DNA of 64,000 nt from an uncultured bacterium (GCA_964445745.1 CAYULU010000005.1:211-64210), one strand, 5' to 3'. Positions 57,701-64,000 are shown, numbered from the stretch's first letter. Numbers and translations: made by a program. The notes: a model not told the origin generated them from the letters alone.

Positions 57701-60700
57701 CAGGTTACGGATGAGCGGGGGACGACCTGGTTTTACGATACAAACGGGACATTGATCAAGCATCTGACGAAGGAGGGACTTCTTTATGAATATTCCGAAT
57801 ATGTTCAACCGCTTGAAGCTGGCCAGACCGTTGATTTTCAAGATTACAAAAGCGCGCTTTACGCCGCGAGCGGTTTAAAGGCCGTTAGCCTCAAAGGGTA
57901 CCAGGCCCCGGACGGCTCATGGATCATTTTTGAGGGGGACCAAGGATCCGAAGTTCATCTAGCCTCGGGCACCGTGGCGGTCAATCTCGTATTTGACGAA
58001 GATCAGCGAATCAAAACCGGACAAATCCAGTTTGCGGACGGATTGATCCTTGAAATCGAAGACTACGTTCCGGTCCGGGGACGGCTTGCGGGTGGTTTGT
58101 CATTCGACCAGCCGTTGCCTCAAGCGTCGGCGTATGAAATCGTGCAGGATGAGGAGGGCGGGTTCCTCGGGTTTCAATGCAAGGTTGGGGACTACACGAT
58201 GGCTTATAACGCGGCCGGAGAGCTTGTCCGGGCCGAGACCGGTACGGGTGTTTCTCATCATTTCACCTACACAAAAGACACTCAGGGGCGCTTGACTGCG
58301 GCGACAGAGACGGTGCTTACCCAGGTTGCTTTTAACGGTGTTCCGTTTCCCAAAGAGCTTGAACTTCTTGCCGAGCCAGATCAGAAGATTCTCGATTCCG
58401 GAAAAGAAATTGCACGCCATGAAGGAAGCGGTTTCCTGGTCGGAGTTTACAAGGAAGCCCTGAATCAATGGGATGTTTATTCAGGGAGTTTTTCGTCCCA
58501 AGTAGACCGGACAGGGCTTGAGCATTTTCTATCTGGCATCAAGGCCGGTGAATCGGTGGCCGTGGTAGTTTCCGATTCTTCATTTTCCAAGGCTGGAGAC
58601 ACGATCTTTTCGATTTTCGAAGGGCTTGGGGCAGGACAGGTTCGACAGGCGGTGTCGGCGAACCGGAAATGGACTTTTTTCGGGAATGAGAGATTGAATG
58701 CGGGAGAAGGAAGGGAAGCGATGGACCAGGTTTCCTTTTCAACCGTAACGGAAAGCGTAACAACTTACTCGGCCGACCCTGATTCTAATTCGACTTTTCG
58801 GGATGCTCCGCTGCTCCTGGGTTTTGAAGTGCAGGTATCCCAGGCCTACGATACATTTCTCAAAGAGTACCAGTCGCTCAAACTGGATCGCGACCTTCAG
58901 CGGATGACCGTTTATGACGCGAAAAACGAGATGATTTATACACAGCGGCTTGACGGGCTCAGCTCTTTTTACGAGTTCGGTAAAGTGCGAGAGACTTTCG
59001 ATGAGAACGGGAATCTTTTGAGCCTCCATGAATATGGTTGTCTGTCTGGGGCCGGAGCAGTACCGCCTTGCCAAAATTCCGAAGACATTGCGCTGTCCAG
59101 GATTACGCTTGTCAAGGCACGTCAGGATTTAGAAACCGAGGTGCAGGATGCTTCCGTAAAAATTGCGCAGGCCAAATTCGACGCGCTTTATAAACTGGCC
59201 TGGCAGGATGATGTGGCGTGTCTCCAGATCAAGGAAAGTGTGGATGCGGGTGTTGTGGAAATCAATCGTCAAATTTCGAGTCTCGAGTCTCAGCGATATC
59301 AGACCGTCAAACAATGCCGCCGGGTTGTCTTCTGGAAGCATTGTGAAGAGCATACCTACGAAGTGCCCGGGGTCCAGAGCGCGATTAACGGGCTTGTGAG
59401 CCAGCGGGCTGACTTGATCCGGACCGGGGAAGAACAGCTTGCGGCCATCCCCGGAGCCATGGCTGAAAAACAGCTTGAGATTGAACAGACAACCGCTGAA
59501 AAAATGGCGGAGCTTGAGGCACAAAAGCAAAGCGTTATGCTGGATCTTCTCCATCAGGAAATGGAACCGATTCTCACAGATTTTTACAGGCGAATTCTCG
59601 GGCGAGACGTTTCTGATGAGGAATTTGACGATTGGGTGGATCGTTTTAAGGTGGCGGAAGAGATCGATACTTTGACTCTTGAGACGGAACTCTCTGAATC
59701 ACCGGAACGGGGCATGCGCGAAGCGGAGAAGGCCTTGATCCTTCAAGGGGTTCGGGATTTTCTGGGCGACTATCTCGCGTCTTCCGTTGAGGAGAGGGCT
59801 TTGATGCTTCAGGAACTTCGCCTGGATACCTCGGAGGTAGTCGATTTTGATTTAACCGATGTGGACGCCATACTTGCCTGGCTTGAAAGCCGGGATCTTC
59901 ACTTTGGCCAGTCCGCATTTCTCTCCTTAAAGAAGATGCTCGCGGCAAGCGGTGCGGAGGTTTTGATGGCGGTGTTGGGCCGGGAATCAATCCTGATTGA
60001 TATCTTGACTGGGACAATCCACAAATTTACGGAAGGGGATCTTCTCATTTCCATGTTCGCGCTCGATCGGGCCGCGTTGATTCACGCCCGGGATTTTGCG
60101 GTGGTGAGGTATTCCTTTGAGGATTTGAAGCATTTGTATCAATCCGCCTGCGGATCTCAGACGCCGGTCTGCGGTATCCGGGTCATTGCTCATATCGGAG
60201 AAGACCATTTTGTGCTCGTCAAGAGTGTGACGGAGACGGAGGTCACTTATGAGGAAACCGGCAAAGGGATGGAGGGTTCGGATGTTACTGTGACCCGGGA
60301 CCAATTTCTCAGTGTGTGGAACGCGAAAGGCGATTCGGGATACCTGATGGTGGACGAATCTCAAGTGATTTCGGAGAAGCGGCTTTCGGATCGGGAGGCC
60401 ATGCGGGTCCGCGGGGCATTTTTTATTATATTCTTTTTTGTTGCGTCGATTATTTTAACGGTAGTGAGTGTTGCCGTCTCTTTTTTCAGTCCCACGCTGG
60501 GCAAGATTCTCGGCTATGCGGCCCTGGTGGCCGGGATTATCGGGATCGTGGCAAGCCTGGGCCAGCTGGTGATTCAGGGTCTGCAGATGGCCTTTTCGAA
60601 TGTCGCAGCGCAGGGGTTTTTCTCCACGATGACCCAGGGGATCATAAACCTCGGGAAAGTGATCTGGGAGTCGGTGAAATCGGTGGGGCGGTTTGTTCTG

Positions 60701-63079
60701 GAAGGGTTCCAGTTTTTGAAGGGTGGTTTTACCGGAGGGTTTGGAAGTTTCGGAGCCGGGATTACGGACATGCGAGGTTTTCTTTTTGACGGGGCTCGTG
60801 TGCTTGCGGACGGCACGCGGGAATTTACATTTTCGCAGATCGCGGCACGACAGCTTGTGACGGCAGGGCTTACGTCGGGCGTTTCGGTTGGGCTGGAAGG
60901 ACTCGGGATTGATTCGCGGATTGCGGGGCTCGTCGGTGTTTTTGCGGGGGGCGGGTTTTTGGGGATCGGTACATCAGTTTCCGGATTTCTGAAAAGCGGT
61001 CTTCAACAGCTTGTTTTGCAAGGTGTTTCCGAAATGGCGGTTCACATCGGTCTTCCGCCCCCGGTGTCGGGCGCGCTTTCGCTGATCGCGACCCAAAGCC
61101 TCAGCGCATTTTTTGATCCCACGCTTACTCTCAAAGCCGCTCTTATCGATATTGCCCCCACCGCCGCCCAGATGTTGACCCTGGGCGGCCTTGAACTCCT
61201 CGGCCGATCCATGGGTCTTGATCCCCAGCTTGCATCTCTCATCGGATTGCCCGTTGCCGCAGCAGTAGGAGGCGTTACAAAAGATCTTTTAAATCCAAAC
61301 GGTATGACATCCTTGTGGCAATCCATCCAAAATGCCATCCTGAGTTGCGAAGTGGCAGGTGGCATTCTTTCTTTAGGCGCTTCGATCGCAGTTCATGAAT
61401 TAGGACTGGATCAATCGCTGCTTGGATCTTTATCCAGTCGTCTTGTTGCCGGTGCGTTTAGTGATTTCCTGGCGTCACCGGGTAAATTCAATTTTGTTGA
61501 TAGTATTATCAAGTCAGTAGATGGATCTTTTTACGAGTTCTTTGACCCGGCATTTCTTCCTATGCTTTTCGAAACAGTCATGGATCATGGTTTGGCGGAT
61601 GGGATCGAGCAATACGCTATCATGCTTTTCACAAAGGAAACAATCAATGAGATCGCATCTTCAGGTATGAATCTGGGTCAGTGGATCGCAAGAGGATTGC
61701 CGGCAGCTGAAGATGTTGTTTATCAAGGGGAACAAGCCAAACGTCTCCGTCTTGTCCAGAACGGAAAATCCATCAATTTTGTTTACCAGCCCAAAGGTGA
61801 AAAATTAGAATTGCAGGCAATCTATGAAGAATATTCCAACGGCCGCAAGCCCCGGCTTGTTGAATTCACCACGGATGATGAGGGCAGGATTACGCAAGTC
61901 ATGATCATCGAGCAAATGGCGGATGGGACCTTTCGGCAGGATGTTCTTACGCCGACGGGGAATATCAAGGAAGTGATTCTCCGGGATTGGAACGATGAGG
62001 TGTATGGAAAAGTATCTTACAATGCGGCCGGTGAACTTGAATTCACAAATTATAACCTTGGCATTTCTGATTATCTTACGGCGGATGGGCGTTTCAGGTT
62101 TGATTTTACGACGGCTCCGGATTTTCAGGACATGAGTCAGCTTATTTACGATTTTAATACGAATTTGAAACCCGAGGATATCGCTCAGTTAACGGCCTTT
62201 TCTTATGGGAATGGTTTCTGGAATGCTCATCAGTCGCCGGATTCTATTTCAACGATTATGAATGCTTTTATCGATGACCGGCTGGTCGATAACGCGAAGA
62301 CAGGGACGCCTGCGGTCGTGCTCTTTGAAGCTAATGGAGAAATCGCTCGGGACCGGCACGGAAACATCCTCACTACGGTAGCGCTTCCCGTAACACTCTA
62401 TGAAGAAACCAGTTTAGTGGGAAATATTCTTCGCTGGTCTGCGGGAACGTGGTTTGGGGTTCCTACGATGCGTGACGAAGTCGAAAGAGAATTAATTCGT
62501 TATTTGGACCTTATTGAGTTGAACCAGAGAGAATTTAATCTCGATCCCAACATGGATTTTGTCCACTTTGCCCATTCAGGGGATTTCCAGCCCATGATTG
62601 AAGCGCTGGAACATATGCCGGATGAGTACCGTTCCCTCATCAAAACGCTTGTGGTTTACGAGGGGCCTTATGTGGGCGACGGAATTATCAATGATCCGTA
62701 TCTTGAAACGCTTATTCGTGTGCGTGGTGTAAAACCTGGTTTTGAGGTGCCGTTTCTTGAGCATCAAGATTTCCAGATCACCGATCAGAATGGTAATGTC
62801 AAAGCTATTCTAAACCAGTACAATATCGAAATTGCTGGAGCGAACCATAACGACTTCAGCTATGATCCGTCATTCACGTACAGTTGCGCTGAAGAGCGAG
62901 AGATTGCCAGAAAAACGAGTTTATTTATGAGAGATTTGCAACTCCAAGCCAATAATGTTTCACGGCTAGACTTGTTCCTCAAAACGAATACTGTGGGCGG
63001 AGTGACTTATGATAAAAAAACGAAACTTATTTCGGTAAATCCTTTGATGTATAAATCCCCCTTTGGAGACAGACAGTGA
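48719..63079 (+). CDS. Giant membrane-anchored mosaic surface protein or toxin-like protein (about 4,786 aa from ATG 48719; 4,805 aa from GTG 48662)
   Basis: A single uninterrupted ORF. The ATG at 48719 is preceded by aaggagag. The N-terminal TM anchor is FFRSVALLTVFFFTWNQLGF. Downstream modules, in order:
- eight Ig-like repeats
- dispersed YD/RHS-like repeats (YTYDSMGRITGV, EYDGDGNLTGIRL, YEFDMDGQEITV)
- a glucan-hydrolase-like alpha/alpha-barrel region
- a DUF4214 motif (DFYRRILGRDVSDEEFDDWV)
- a C39-like domain
- a glycine-rich hydrophobic block
- a C-terminal hydrolase-like module. Confidence 0.85.
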   Translation: MKEGQEASKGNTEFQDSLKMLIQHVRQKMSWRKPEKGSRVSRKIKRMSEISKLPAPFVMAKQDGKKFFRSVALLTVFFFTWNQLGFSDGTLLLDYEVPFQTYVSSAGGGDSDSVPQGLLPDQRSHEDFGAESLSFIAGNSPLSAPDSTRPDEPVQDSGIRSLEGSQSVTAGTDEWTLVYRDVSLELRGVNTNTVEAVSGHYYRDTYGNPFYYTDYNYRGGLFMQKTGTTSDLHTFRGFMEVDLSALYEEDVDPEQIARVELVFDTVSAKSGSYAFSIYDMNANEDGLFPSGSASAGTHYTGSSSLVQSVKKKTFKKNVSQQSTVDVTESVLRDLRAGKLWTGFFATPDSTMPKIQLSNIRLKVTYGKLVPPVTGTIAINSGTTYTSSRTVKLNLSATDNGSGMGVGGMSFSNDNIHWTSITPYAKSKSYELPSGDGEKTVYVRYYDEAGNVSETYSTSIILDTRGPKGKMTVNGGEKYIHETTVTLNLSAMDDGSGVGKMCFSSDGTFWTEVEDYAETKEWTFPSGDGYKKVYVKFQDKSGRWSVVSGVKVKLDTQIPTGSIKINAGAAYTSFSKVKLNFTGSDKGSGMSGVSFSFDGTNWEPLVRFVSSKSVVLPAGDGVKTVYVKFYDKAGNASPVYSDTIIMDTLPPTGTVEVNGGARFINQPDVTLNLNAVDEGSGLSKMRFSSNGTTWTSAENYSETKAWTFPSGDGAKKVYVKFQDNRGRWSSVTSVTVTLDTVAPLGSIAMNGGAAYTNNREVMLTLSGTDNASGVCQMSFSTNGTTWSMAEAYQTTKSYVLPSGDGRKTVYVRYYDTAGNVSMVYSKSIILDVTPPAVVIDVETPSLINVKTMMINYTSDAIAKTKTFADLKEGENTLSIIENDSAGNQAIATWQVVVDTMAPALVIDATTPSLINVKTLTVNYTLDGVLKTKTFSGLLEGENTLVITETDLVGNSSTTIWKVEVDTIAPSGTIVLNDGESETGSCSVTVYVNVTDNRVLKDIRFSTDGGVTWSAWEAHAFVKTVTLPEGEGEKEVLCQVRDEAGNVAHFSDTIQYAVTPQLQFLSDPVVNDPLYTLRYIVDDKEREETWLLQPGENRLIVKTGVASSQRFFEYAVTLDRMEDPLSPMPEVPVLSNDLVSMTATNGLILKYSRGELVAIEKSGAYTLYPTEFDSQNELVDGLLVFADGGKLLYENGRAAYRLSEAGELTTYNADGTVACVALADGKKVRFAYRYGDAGEILSIISYDEDATGFYGSDSKPFWIKKNDGTVMTYHEGFLKSYQDSAGNVFHYQVSSLYESEQLTGYRSDLAFVSVPDDGELIPLAVVLANPNDYVSVRATLENDLSLTMEYDVAGMMKKVVSGSGEVLELQKGLPVSFTNQAGETLTVRTDLSENQELLSISLGGSNIQQEYDGDGNLTGIRLNDGTTFRIRELGLDRIVLEDGSDLSELVWNGSRLTGFRKTDPDGRVEIYQNSRMTERIEPDGSQTFFVDDSGAREPEEILTSDGRTYQVIRFPNAEGLTQRLAQLKSVDLPDGTRIEIEDGKPVRYIQTRQIQIEAFEVPELVTGESFVPLIELPDAQLRSLTVNSDGFIYSGEILFNDGTQYLIENNKIARQIAPDGQFVEFSKEITSVPPQPGVPPEPLTEPEMEYRNHLIESQMDYFVDGAGIQTATGFPVDNYQGENDQLSDYSQSTLVGFWAEILAAIATGDYQTSRMTQTQAFERLDQLLINYREVQKQVGWNGMVAFFKMVEIEEPVLDSLGEPTGETRNVIHYQNCFNQYGFGDAVNLSVSLASVIGALRGKNWELESAATCARILSSANEILEAQEPGYAAFYDPVKKRFHGAYAQDRSTGTWSFVKDYYIDRVFNEFRPGVAWVAAKYPQYQQAFENLDVTLRDYQAGDGTQMEIAAPFDGGAFQMFWPLIHVDETRYPEFETALRNFLYAQADFTSQNGIPGLLSAGDRPGSGYEGKIGLSSAAEADDLKFDDIGSLYGTASAFGVAPHYTLQFFKNIETAFPEILTSTGFVDAIRMQTVTSTDPVTKETVTKEEPVFSTQYFGVDQASFILSLLKTSQKYFDQYLNQEGIKQEFDGLYESIQLNLKPANSGGLSVPPAWGDSLAQLYDGDSLAPDGLSAPLVREASFVPVIFDPELGSGRIFNYRQESETFHHSEIEFGEEPDVRSLGVQEYLMLPGRADVGRALLGGYQLDLYNQAGASGVFYAPDQGYAESMLMRDPEMGEVRRVIFNFQQPAHAVGLWNNYRANQIDIGQFDFLSIPVRVEDDTPENLRLKFEFKGTGNIFVTDTLRHGWQYITIPVAKPVTGKAYEIATVIQSVDGQPVKGGLYLGPLSGFKVRTSNELEWSTMLGKTAIEMQTLIRSKIATQALGAGLKTVEEVLEDFTLDSKGNLIDGTLRRADGSIQYFRDGLMTKWIFRNGRTVLYEKGIANFIVDLSRGRLETGRFYYDQDLKGDIHSFNIQDNERKRIFGADGTLQTLVQDGQFVDFENGEIASIRTPQGTLTDLEFADDGSLLKAHAVMNDGRTFDIDQKTEQSVDMGNGVTLYYQGLVITAVETSQNGRTDLAYTYDSMGRITGVNATFTDQEQTRTLSFFEYIQRPERLLEKSHLMGSAFDVFSVAGVGGFSVGTLANGEITWGLGGDYGYDSKARYRFKYLSESGPTLGMCMSHTDSPLQISDYGFLSLTVRQDPSMNWNQDFVLKLKSPSYKTLYTFSLDSTVNGDQTFWFSLEDKAGLEGEITLEVIRQKEGVGKTGTIYLKDLSYMNIKNLEHPIWENELGILSSQIRNFKIESDNLTDVGAGIATKEAVRYEALVPYLDTPTRIFYTDTQGSENQLVNFTRLDGSQVELEGEHVSRLILPDGTVNEYSSNFQNSTQGTIEGPGEVLGGTFDYRYGALRRITQADGRQYDLSYEFDMDGQEITVFKDVLSGEERRFRDGKLVSAQDESGLRTDYEYHDGTLIGAEMTYRDRVLNSTQYAYQNEGTQVTDERGTTWFYDTNGTLIKHLTKEGLLYEYSEYVQPLEAGQTVDFQDYKSALYAASGLKAVSLKGYQAPDGSWIIFEGDQGSEVHLASGTVAVNLVFDEDQRIKTGQIQFADGLILEIEDYVPVRGRLAGGLSFDQPLPQASAYEIVQDEEGGFLGFQCKVGDYTMAYNAAGELVRAETGTGVSHHFTYTKDTQGRLTAATETVLTQVAFNGVPFPKELELLAEPDQKILDSGKEIARHEGSGFLVGVYKEALNQWDVYSGSFSSQVDRTGLEHFLSGIKAGESVAVVVSDSSFSKAGDTIFSIFEGLGAGQVRQAVSANRKWTFFGNERLNAGEGREAMDQVSFSTVTESVTTYSADPDSNSTFRDAPLLLGFEVQVSQAYDTFLKEYQSLKLDRDLQRMTVYDAKNEMIYTQRLDGLSSFYEFGKVRETFDENGNLLSLHEYGCLSGAGAVPPCQNSEDIALSRITLVKARQDLETEVQDASVKIAQAKFDALYKLAWQDDVACLQIKESVDAGVVEINRQISSLESQRYQTVKQCRRVVFWKHCEEHTYEVPGVQSAINGLVSQRADLIRTGEEQLAAIPGAMAEKQLEIEQTTAEKMAELEAQKQSVMLDLLHQEMEPILTDFYRRILGRDVSDEEFDDWVDRFKVAEEIDTLTLETELSESPERGMREAEKALILQGVRDFLGDYLASSVEERALMLQELRLDTSEVVDFDLTDVDAILAWLESRDLHFGQSAFLSLKKMLAASGAEVLMAVLGRESILIDILTGTIHKFTEGDLLISMFALDRAALIHARDFAVVRYSFEDLKHLYQSACGSQTPVCGIRVIAHIGEDHFVLVKSVTETEVTYEETGKGMEGSDVTVTRDQFLSVWNAKGDSGYLMVDESQVISEKRLSDREAMRVRGAFFIIFFFVASIILTVVSVAVSFFSPTLGKILGYAALVAGIIGIVASLGQLVIQGLQMAFSNVAAQGFFSTMTQGIINLGKVIWESVKSVGRFVLEGFQFLKGGFTGGFGSFGAGITDMRGFLFDGARVLADGTREFTFSQIAARQLVTAGLTSGVSVGLEGLGIDSRIAGLVGVFAGGGFLGIGTSVSGFLKSGLQQLVLQGVSEMAVHIGLPPPVSGALSLIATQSLSAFFDPTLTLKAALIDIAPTAAQMLTLGGLELLGRSMGLDPQLASLIGLPVAAAVGGVTKDLLNPNGMTSLWQSIQNAILSCEVAGGILSLGASIAVHELGLDQSLLGSLSSRLVAGAFSDFLASPGKFNFVDSIIKSVDGSFYEFFDPAFLPMLFETVMDHGLADGIEQYAIMLFTKETINEIASSGMNLGQWIARGLPAAEDVVYQGEQAKRLRLVQNGKSINFVYQPKGEKLELQAIYEEYSNGRKPRLVEFTTDDEGRITQVMIIEQMADGTFRQDVLTPTGNIKEVILRDWNDEVYGKVSYNAAGELEFTNYNLGISDYLTADGRFRFDFTTAPDFQDMSQLIYDFNTNLKPEDIAQLTAFSYGNGFWNAHQSPDSISTIMNAFIDDRLVDNAKTGTPAVVLFEANGEIARDRHGNILTTVALPVTLYEETSLVGNILRWSAGTWFGVPTMRDEVERELIRYLDLIELNQREFNLDPNMDFVHFAHSGDFQPMIEALEHMPDEYRSLIKTLVVYEGPYVGDGIINDPYLETLIRVRGVKPGFEVPFLEHQDFQITDQNGNVKAILNQYNIEIAGANHNDFSYDPSFTYSCAEEREIARKTSLFMRDLQLQANNVSRLDLFLKTNTVGGVTYDKKTKLISVNPLMYKSPFGDRQ
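49825..51890 (+). repeat. Array of eight tandem Ig-like domain repeats inside the giant ORF (coding repeats)
   Basis: Repeat units begin at about 49825, 50112, 50388, 50664, 50941, 51217, 51418 and 51620. The consensus is P.G.I.INGGA.YT....V.L.L.A.D..SG...M.FS.DG..W...E.Y...K...LPSGDG.K.VYV...D.AGN. Confidence 0.8.
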
Positions 63080-63960
63080 AAAACTTTTTTGGGGGAGGTG
63101 TGTGTGGGTGTGTTTTCCTAGCTTTTTTTTTCCTTTTTTTCTGTTCATCTCTTGAGGCGAAGTCGCCAATGTCAGATGCCGACTATCAACAGGTTCTGAA
63201 TGATCAGGCCGACTATCATAGCTTTTTGAGAGAAGCTGACCGATGGGAGTGCCAACGCGATTATGGGCGCGCAGTTTTTTTTCATGAAAAAGCTTTCTTT
63301 ATGGCGAAGGGAAGTAGCTTGGAGCCGGTTTCGCGTGGTGAGTTGGCAAGGCTGTATGAGTTGGATGGGCAATATGAAAAAGCTTTAGAAGAGATCGACT
63401 GGTTCCTGGTTAAGTCAAACAAATCTTCCCCCCTGTGGGATAGATTTGTAGATTCAAGACAACGACTCCTTCAGAAAATCGAAGCGCAGATGCGAGGAGA
63501 AAAAATTGAAGAGCCGAATTCTGCAAACGTTGTTTCTCAACAGAAGCAATTAATTCGGAGAATATCGGATTTCCACACAGCGGGTTATGACGATCAAAAG
63601 CAATTTCTCGAAAAAGAGCTTCCCGAGGGTACGGATATCCTGCGGCTGTCCAAACGGGCAATGCTGGCTGAGCATGCGGGGAATTTTAAGGACGCTAAAG
63701 GGTTTTACGAACAGCTACTGGCTCAAAAAGAGGGTGTTGCGGCCGTGTACGGGGAAGCTGCTTGGGTAATGCTCCATCCTGCTGTTCAGCGCATGTCTGA
63801 ATTGACCGGAGATGAGACGCGAGAAAAAGAGATGCTCGTTTGGATTCGTGATTATATGTTAGCCCCAGATGGACAACACCATAAGTATCTTAACGGGCTA
63901 ATGCCGCCTGTTCAGGGCCATCTCAAGGAACGTCTCAAAAAGTTTGGTCTCAATTCTTAG
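63076..63960 (+). CDS. Secreted helical-repeat (TPR-like) protein, translationally coupled to the giant gene
   Basis: 294 aa. Its GTG start overlaps the giant-gene stop (GTGA). The signal-peptide-like N-terminus is GGGVCGCVFLAFFFLFFCSSLEA. The remainder is predicted helical, with TPR-like YxxA/L spacing by eye only. Confidence 0.6.
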   Translation: MKNFFGGGVCGCVFLAFFFLFFCSSLEAKSPMSDADYQQVLNDQADYHSFLREADRWECQRDYGRAVFFHEKAFFMAKGSSLEPVSRGELARLYELDGQYEKALEEIDWFLVKSNKSSPLWDRFVDSRQRLLQKIEAQMRGEKIEEPNSANVVSQQKQLIRRISDFHTAGYDDQKQFLEKELPEGTDILRLSKRAMLAEHAGNFKDAKGFYEQLLAQKEGVAAVYGEAAWVMLHPAVQRMSELTGDETREKEMLVWIRDYMLAPDGQHHKYLNGLMPPVQGHLKERLKKFGLNS

Positions 63961-64000
63961 AACTGTACCGGGTACCGCGGGGACAGGTTGAAATGAAATC

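Overview
This 64 kb window comes from a compact, operon-dense genome of a diderm bacterium. The diderm call rests on BamE-like, FadL-like and AsmA-like genes and many lipobox lipoproteins. Taxonomy cannot be fixed from sequence alone; the giant ORF and gene content suggest an uncultivated lineage, which is inference.

- **Left end (1-6.3 kb):** an A+T-richer integrative element of about 5.7 kb sits at a tRNA-Arg(TCG) gene. It is bounded by a 41-bp direct repeat and carries a tyrosine integrase, an excisionase-like HTH, a P-loop replication-type ATPase, a four-gene cargo operon of unknown function and an XRE regulator. A truncated GIY-YIG/T5orf172-like gene lies on the other side of the tRNA.
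- **6.4-12.5 kb:** an M48-like lipoprotein with a degenerate zinc motif; a tRNA-Leu/tRNA-Lys locus with tRNA-Leu fragments; rplM-rpsI behind a consensus promoter and long leader; an AsmA-like protein; rnc.
- **12.7-28.9 kb:** an amino-acid and polyamine supercluster, argC-J-B-D-F-G-H-lysA, then homospermidine synthase plus ornithine decarboxylase, a DUF3592 membrane protein, and dapF-dapA-dapB.
- **29.0-35.7 kb:** a three-gene surface cluster made of a 525-aa barrel-like protein, a 1573-aa mosaic adhesin/barrel protein and a small lipoprotein.
- **35.8-48.1 kb:** uvrA, an FtsH paralogue lacking a periplasmic domain, an unknown lipoprotein, hrcA-grpE-dnaJ (no dnaK, no CIRCE seen), a YbgC-like thioesterase, gpsA and a FadL-family porin.
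- **48.1-64.0 kb:** dominated by one ORF of about 4,800 codons encoding a membrane-anchored mosaic giant protein. In order it has an Ig-like repeat array, YD/RHS-like repeats, a glucan-hydrolase-like alpha/alpha barrel with CBM-like modules, a DUF4214 motif, a C39-like domain with Ser in place of the nucleophile Cys, a glycine-rich hydrophobic block, and an A+T-richer C-terminal hydrolase-like module. A secreted helical-repeat protein is translationally coupled downstream.

The giant protein and its partner are the strongest candidate for an undescribed system. No CRISPR arrays, rRNA genes or transposases were seen.
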